DNA of 37,002 nucleotides from Escherichia coli (GTDB lineage Bacteria; Pseudomonadota; Gammaproteobacteria; Enterobacterales; Enterobacteriaceae): NCBI RefSeq assembly GCF_003334815.1, contig NZ_QOWO01000037.1; one strand, 5' to 3'. Shown piece by piece: positions 30,876 to 37,002 of this stretch (position 1 is its first letter; each line of letters starts with the position of its first letter). The notes under the pieces were generated by a model. It saw only the letters and a program-made list of their open reading frames with translations, ran no database searches and was not told where the DNA came from. The position numbers and the translations under genes were made by a program.

Positions 30876-32252
30876 GTGAAAAACGCGTCAACCGTATCGG
30901 AAGATACTGCGTCGAATCAAGAGCCGACGCTTCATCGCGGATTACATAACCGTCATATTCAACTGATTGCGCTGGGTGGCGCAATTGGTACTGGTCTGTT
31001 TCTTGGCATTGGTCCGGCGATTCAGATGGCGGGTCCGGCTGTATTGCTGGGCTACGGCGTCGCCGGGATCATCGCTTTCCTGATTATGCGCCAGCTTGGC
31101 GAGATGGTGGTCGAAGAGCCGGTATCCGGTTCATTTGCCCACTTTGCCTATAAATACTGGGGACCGTTTGCGGGCTTCCTCTCTGGCTGGAACTACTGGG
31201 TAATGTTCGTGCTGGTGGGAATGGCAGAGCTGACCGCTGCGGGCATCTATATGCAGTACTGGTTCCCGGATGTTCCAACGTGGATTTGGGCTGCCGCCTT
31301 CTTTATTATCATCAACGCCGTTAACCTGGTGAACGTGCGCTTATATGGCGAAACCGAGTTCTGGTTTGCGTTGATTAAAGTGCTGGCAATCATCGGTATG
31401 ATCGGCTTTGGCCTGTGGCTGCTGTTTTCTGGTCACGGCGGCGAGAAAGCCAGTATCGACAACCTCTGGCGCTACGGTGGTTTCTTCGCCACCGGCTGGA
31501 ATGGGCTGATTTTGTCGCTGGCGGTAATTATGTTCTCCTTCGGCGGTCTGGAGCTGATTGGGATTACTGCCGCTGAAGCGCGCGATCCGGAAAAAAGCAT
31601 TCCAAAAGCGGTAAATCAGGTGGTGTATCGCATCCTGCTGTTTTACATCGGTTCACTGGTGGTTTTACTGGCGCTCTATCCGTGGGTGGAAGTGAAATCC
31701 AACAGTAGCCCGTTTGTGATGATTTTCCATAATCTCGACAGCAACGTGGTAGCTTCTGCGCTGAACTTCGTCATTCTGGTAGCATCGCTGTCAGTGTATA
31801 ACAGCGGGGTTTACTCTAACAGCCGCATGCTGTTTGGCCTTTCTGTGCAGGGTAATGCGCCGAAGTTTTTGACTCGCGTCAGCCGTCGCGGTGTGCCGAT
31901 TAACTCGCTGATGCTTTCCGGAGCGATCACTTCGCTGGTGGTGTTAATCAACTATCTGCTGCCGCAAAAAGCGTTTGGTCTGCTGATGGCGCTGGTGGTA
32001 GCAACGCTGCTGTTGAACTGGATTATGATCTGTCTGGCGCATCTGCGTTTTCGTGCAGCGATGCGACGTCAGGGGCGTGAAACACAGTTTAAGGCGCTGC
32101 TCTATCCGTTCGGCAACTATCTCTGCATTGCCTTCCTCGGCATGATTTTGCTGCTGATGTGCACGATGGATGATATGCGCTTGTCAGCGATCCTGCTGCC
32201 GGTGTGGATTGTATTCCTGTTTATGGCATTTAAAACGCTGCGTCGGAAATAA
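30876..32252 (+). CDS. pheP: phenylalanine-specific APC-family permease
   Basis: Trimmed to GTG start (MKNASTVSEDTASNQ..., 458 aa) preceded by AGGGGAAAGG RBS; amino-acid permease family. Confidence 0.88.
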   Translation: MKNASTVSEDTASNQEPTLHRGLHNRHIQLIALGGAIGTGLFLGIGPAIQMAGPAVLLGYGVAGIIAFLIMRQLGEMVVEEPVSGSFAHFAYKYWGPFAGFLSGWNYWVMFVLVGMAELTAAGIYMQYWFPDVPTWIWAAAFFIIINAVNLVNVRLYGETEFWFALIKVLAIIGMIGFGLWLLFSGHGGEKASIDNLWRYGGFFATGWNGLILSLAVIMFSFGGLELIGITAAEARDPEKSIPKAVNQVVYRILLFYIGSLVVLLALYPWVEVKSNSSPFVMIFHNLDSNVVASALNFVILVASLSVYNSGVYSNSRMLFGLSVQGNAPKFLTRVSRRGVPINSLMLSGAITSLVVLINYLLPQKAFGLLMALVVATLLLNWIMICLAHLRFRAAMRRQGRETQFKALLYPFGNYLCIAFLGMILLLMCTMDDMRLSAILLPVWIVFLFMAFKTLRRK

Positions 32253-32296
32253 GGCATTCACGCTACATCCGACAAAACGATGTCAACCATCCGAAA

Positions 32297-32330
32297 CCGC
32301 TCTCATCCATTCGATGAGAGCGGTTTTTTT
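32297..32330 (+). terminator. rho-independent terminator after pheP
   Basis: 11-bp stem ccgctctcatc / gatgagagcgg with a 5-nt loop, followed by T7. Confidence 0.8.
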
Positions 32331-32332
32331 AA

Positions 32333-33628
<1,296 letters not shown>

Positions 33629-33660
33629 TTATGCAAATCAGGAGAATCTGAGAGGAAATA

Positions 33661-33678
33661 GCCGGGCAGATGCCCGGC
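33661..33678 (-). terminator. putative terminator hairpin downstream of nfsB
   Basis: Inverted repeat gccgggc-agat-gcccggc, followed on the minus strand by a pyrimidine-rich tract. Confidence 0.45.
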
Positions 33679-33687
33679 AAGAGAGAA

Positions 33688-34341
33688 TTACACTTCGGTT
33701 AAGGTGATGTTTTGCGGCAGACGAGATTTCGGCAGCGTAGCGTTAAAATCTTCAACGCTGTGATGACCTACCGGAACAACCACCAGACTGGTGTAGCCTT
33801 TCTCTTTCAGACCAAATTCTGCATCGAGGATGGCGGCGTCAAAACCTTCGATGGGTACCGCGTCCAGACCCAGAGCCGCCACGCCGAGCAGGAAGTTACC
33901 GACGTTGAGATAAACCTGTTTTGCCATCCACTCTGCATCATCATGCAGATCTTTACGGTGCATATCAGCGAAGAACTTGCGACCTTTATCGTTCGCGGCT
34001 TTCGCTTCCGGCGTGGCAAAGCGGCCATCGGCATCTTCCTGGTCAACAACCAGCTTCAGCCAGACATCGTCCATCGCGGTTTTTGCACAGAACACCACGA
34101 CGTGCGAGGCATCAAGCATTTTACGCTCGTTGAACACGTAATTACCGGCAGCGGATTTGGCAACACGCGCTTTACCTTCTTCCGTGCTGGCAACAATAAA
34201 ATGCCACGGCTGGGAGTTGGTGCTGGATGGGCTGTATTGCAGTAGCGTTTTGATCTGCTCGGCCTGTTCCGGGGTAAGTTTTTTGCTGGCATCAAATGCC
34301 TTAGTGGAATGACGCTTTAAGGCGACAGAAATGATATCCAT
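33688..34341 (-). CDS. nfsB: oxygen-insensitive NAD(P)H nitroreductase
   Basis: Trimmed to [26 protein letters not shown]..., 217 aa; nitroreductase family. Confidence 0.93.
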
Positions 34342-34434
34342 AAAGACTCCATGTGAAAGTAATTTTGCGTGCCAGCAGATTACAAGGTTCAACGAGAAAT
34401 GGTAAGCGAGAAAAATGCGCTATAGATTTCCGCT

Positions 34435-34803
34435 TTAGCCTGGACGCACTCTTTTTTGATCGCGTTTAGCCAGACCATCAACCACCAGATTCCACGAATC
34501 GTTGATCAGATCGCGAAGTAACGCTTCGGAGATTTCTTCGCCGGGATACACTGAAATCCAGTGCTTTTTATTCATGTGATACCCTGGCTTAATGCTTGGG
34601 TATATTTGCTGATTTAACAGGGATTTTTGTGGATCGGACTTCAGATTGATAAAGGGGACGCCGCGTAGCTCCGACGACAGCATAAAAATCTTGCCGCCAA
34701 TTTTAAAAACATCGAACTCCGGGCCAAAAGGCCAGCAAAGCTCGACAAAGGGTAACTCAAGGGCCAGGCGTTTCGCCGTTTCGTGCAGTGATTGCTTATC
34801 CAT
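34435..34803 (-). CDS. ybdF: DUF419-family small protein
   Basis: Trimmed to [21 protein letters not shown]..., 122 aa. Confidence 0.8.
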
Positions 34804-34867
34804 AAACGTTCCTTTAGGCGAAGGAGAATAAGCAAAGTATGCCGCGAAGTACGGCGATAATCGACGT

Positions 34868-35116
34868 TTAATCCGCCAGCGAGAACCAGCGTCGCCAGAT
34901 AAAGCGCAGAACAAAATACTCAATAGCGCCCAGCACTAAAAACCACAGACAAAACAATAAAGTGTAAAGCTGACTAAGATCCATCAGATGGAACATGGTC
35001 ACCAGTTTTTGTGCCAGCGCCAGCCCCAGTGCGGGGGCGGGCAGCAGCAGGCAAGAGAGGAAAGCCATCAGCAAAATGCCTGCTGCGGTGGTCAAGGTTT
35101 CTAAAGGGTGTTTCAT
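34868..35116 (-). CDS. ybdJ: small inner-membrane protein
   Basis: 82-aa hydrophobic [28 protein letters not shown]... Confidence 0.75.
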
Positions 35117-35181
35117 AACATTGTTAAATGTAAGTTAAAACACCATTGTCAGGGATATTCTTCTGTAAGGCAATTCCCGGC

Positions 35182-36309
<1,128 letters not shown>

Positions 36310-36752
36310 TTATGTTGGCGTTTTCTATTCAGTATAGAAGTCGGAGCGGCTGGGCGAGATGCGGAAGTTCTGGAATGTTTCTTTTTTTTGGTGATGGTGA
36401 ACTGATGGTGCCTGAAGCAATTTGGCTACTTTTGCAATGTGACAAGTTATGGCAGTGCTGACTGGTGGCGAAGAATTTTGACGATTGAGTCATGCAGAAA
36501 AAAACGGGTTCAGCTTCAGTTGATTAAATGAGGAGTGAGAAGTCCGAAACAGGACTCACTGTATAAATAAACAGCTATTTTGTTGAGGAAGGGTAAGATA
36601 ACGGCGGGTGCCTGAAGCTTTCCGGTTTCAGGTTTACTCTGAGGTCTGGAAAGATGAAGCCCCAGGAGATATTTCTATCAACCCTGGGGCTGCCACTCCA
36701 AACCCGAACAATTTGGATGGTAGTCCCTTCTTCGCATGGAGGCAATATAAAC

Positions 36753-36905
36753 ATGCTGACGAAATATGCCCTTGCGGCAGTCATAGTGCTGTGTTTAACG
36801 GTGCTGGGATTTACGCTTCTGGTCGGAGACTCGCTGTGTGAGTTTACGGTGAAGGAACGTAATATTGAGTTTAAGGCTGTTCTCGCTTACGAACCGAAGA
36901 AGTAG
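36753..36905 (+). CDS. hokE: Hok/Gef-family small membrane toxin (type I toxin-antitoxin)
   Basis: 50-aa [53 protein letters not shown] with single TM helix and conserved Hok C-terminal motif (SLCE...A...YE); RBS GGAGG 7 nt upstream; overlapped by an upstream out-of-frame ORF as in mok/hok loci. Confidence 0.85.
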   Translation: MLTKYALAAVIVLCLTVLGFTLLVGDSLCEFTVKERNIEFKAVLAYEPKK

Positions 36906-36926
36906 CCGTTGTGCGGGGAGTAATCC

Positions 36927-37002
36927 CATAAGCGCTAACTTAAGGGTTGTGGTATTACGCCTGATATGATTTAACGTGCCGATGAATTACTCTCACGATA
37001 AC
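36927..37002. mobile_element. putative terminal segment of an IS186-like (IS4 family) element, cut by the window edge
   Basis: From about 36927 the sequence CATAAGCGCTAACTTAAGGGTTGTGGTATTACGCC... matches my recollection of the IS186 terminal inverted repeat; it is preceded by GGGGAGTAATCCC, resembling the GC-rich G4-N-C4 style target this element prefers. Boundary is +/- a few nt. Confidence 0.55.

Noticed and set aside
33712-34245. 177-aa plus-strand ORF inside nfsB
   Set aside because: Antisense to nfsB.
36654-36752. In-frame upstream extension making hokE an 83-aa ORF
   Set aside because: Hok-family toxins are about 50 aa; the strong GGAGG RBS sits immediately before ATG 36753; the extension has no hydrophobic signal.

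Overview
This window reads as a well-known enterobacterial (Escherichia coli-type) chromosomal segment, syntenic with the K-12 region running ylbF-ybcF-purKE-lpxH-ppiB-cysS-ybcIJ-folD, the sfmACDHF fimbrial operon, fimZ, tRNA-Arg argU, envY, ybcH-nfrA-nfrB, cusRS/cusCFBA, pheP, ybdG, nfsB, ybdFJK and hokE, ending in what looks like the first ~76 nt of an IS186 copy. I found no CRISPR array, no rRNA and no large unassigned ORF, so I cannot support a claim of an undescribed system here; every ORF of 100 aa or more that is not antisense noise maps onto a recognisable family. All identifications are from reading the sequence and recalled family knowledge, with no database search run. The main structural observations are: (1) argU is followed after only 45 nt by the envY-like regulator, so the DLP12-type prophage block that in K-12 lies between them (intD through appY/ompT, from memory) is absent; (2) the ylbF-like gene has stops in all three frames within the first 62 nt, so its N-terminus may be shorter than the K-12 protein as I recall it; (3) a hok/sok-type toxin locus (hokE) sits 22 nt upstream of the putative IS186 end; (4) the nfrB-nfrA-ybcH genes overlap or abut and carry glycosyltransferase, MshEN-like, TPR and barrel signatures visible in the translation; (5) the sfm/fimZ/envY stretch is visibly more AT-rich than the housekeeping genes around it. 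Gene starts were trimmed from the supplied ORF track where the longest ORF over-extended the recognisable N-terminus.
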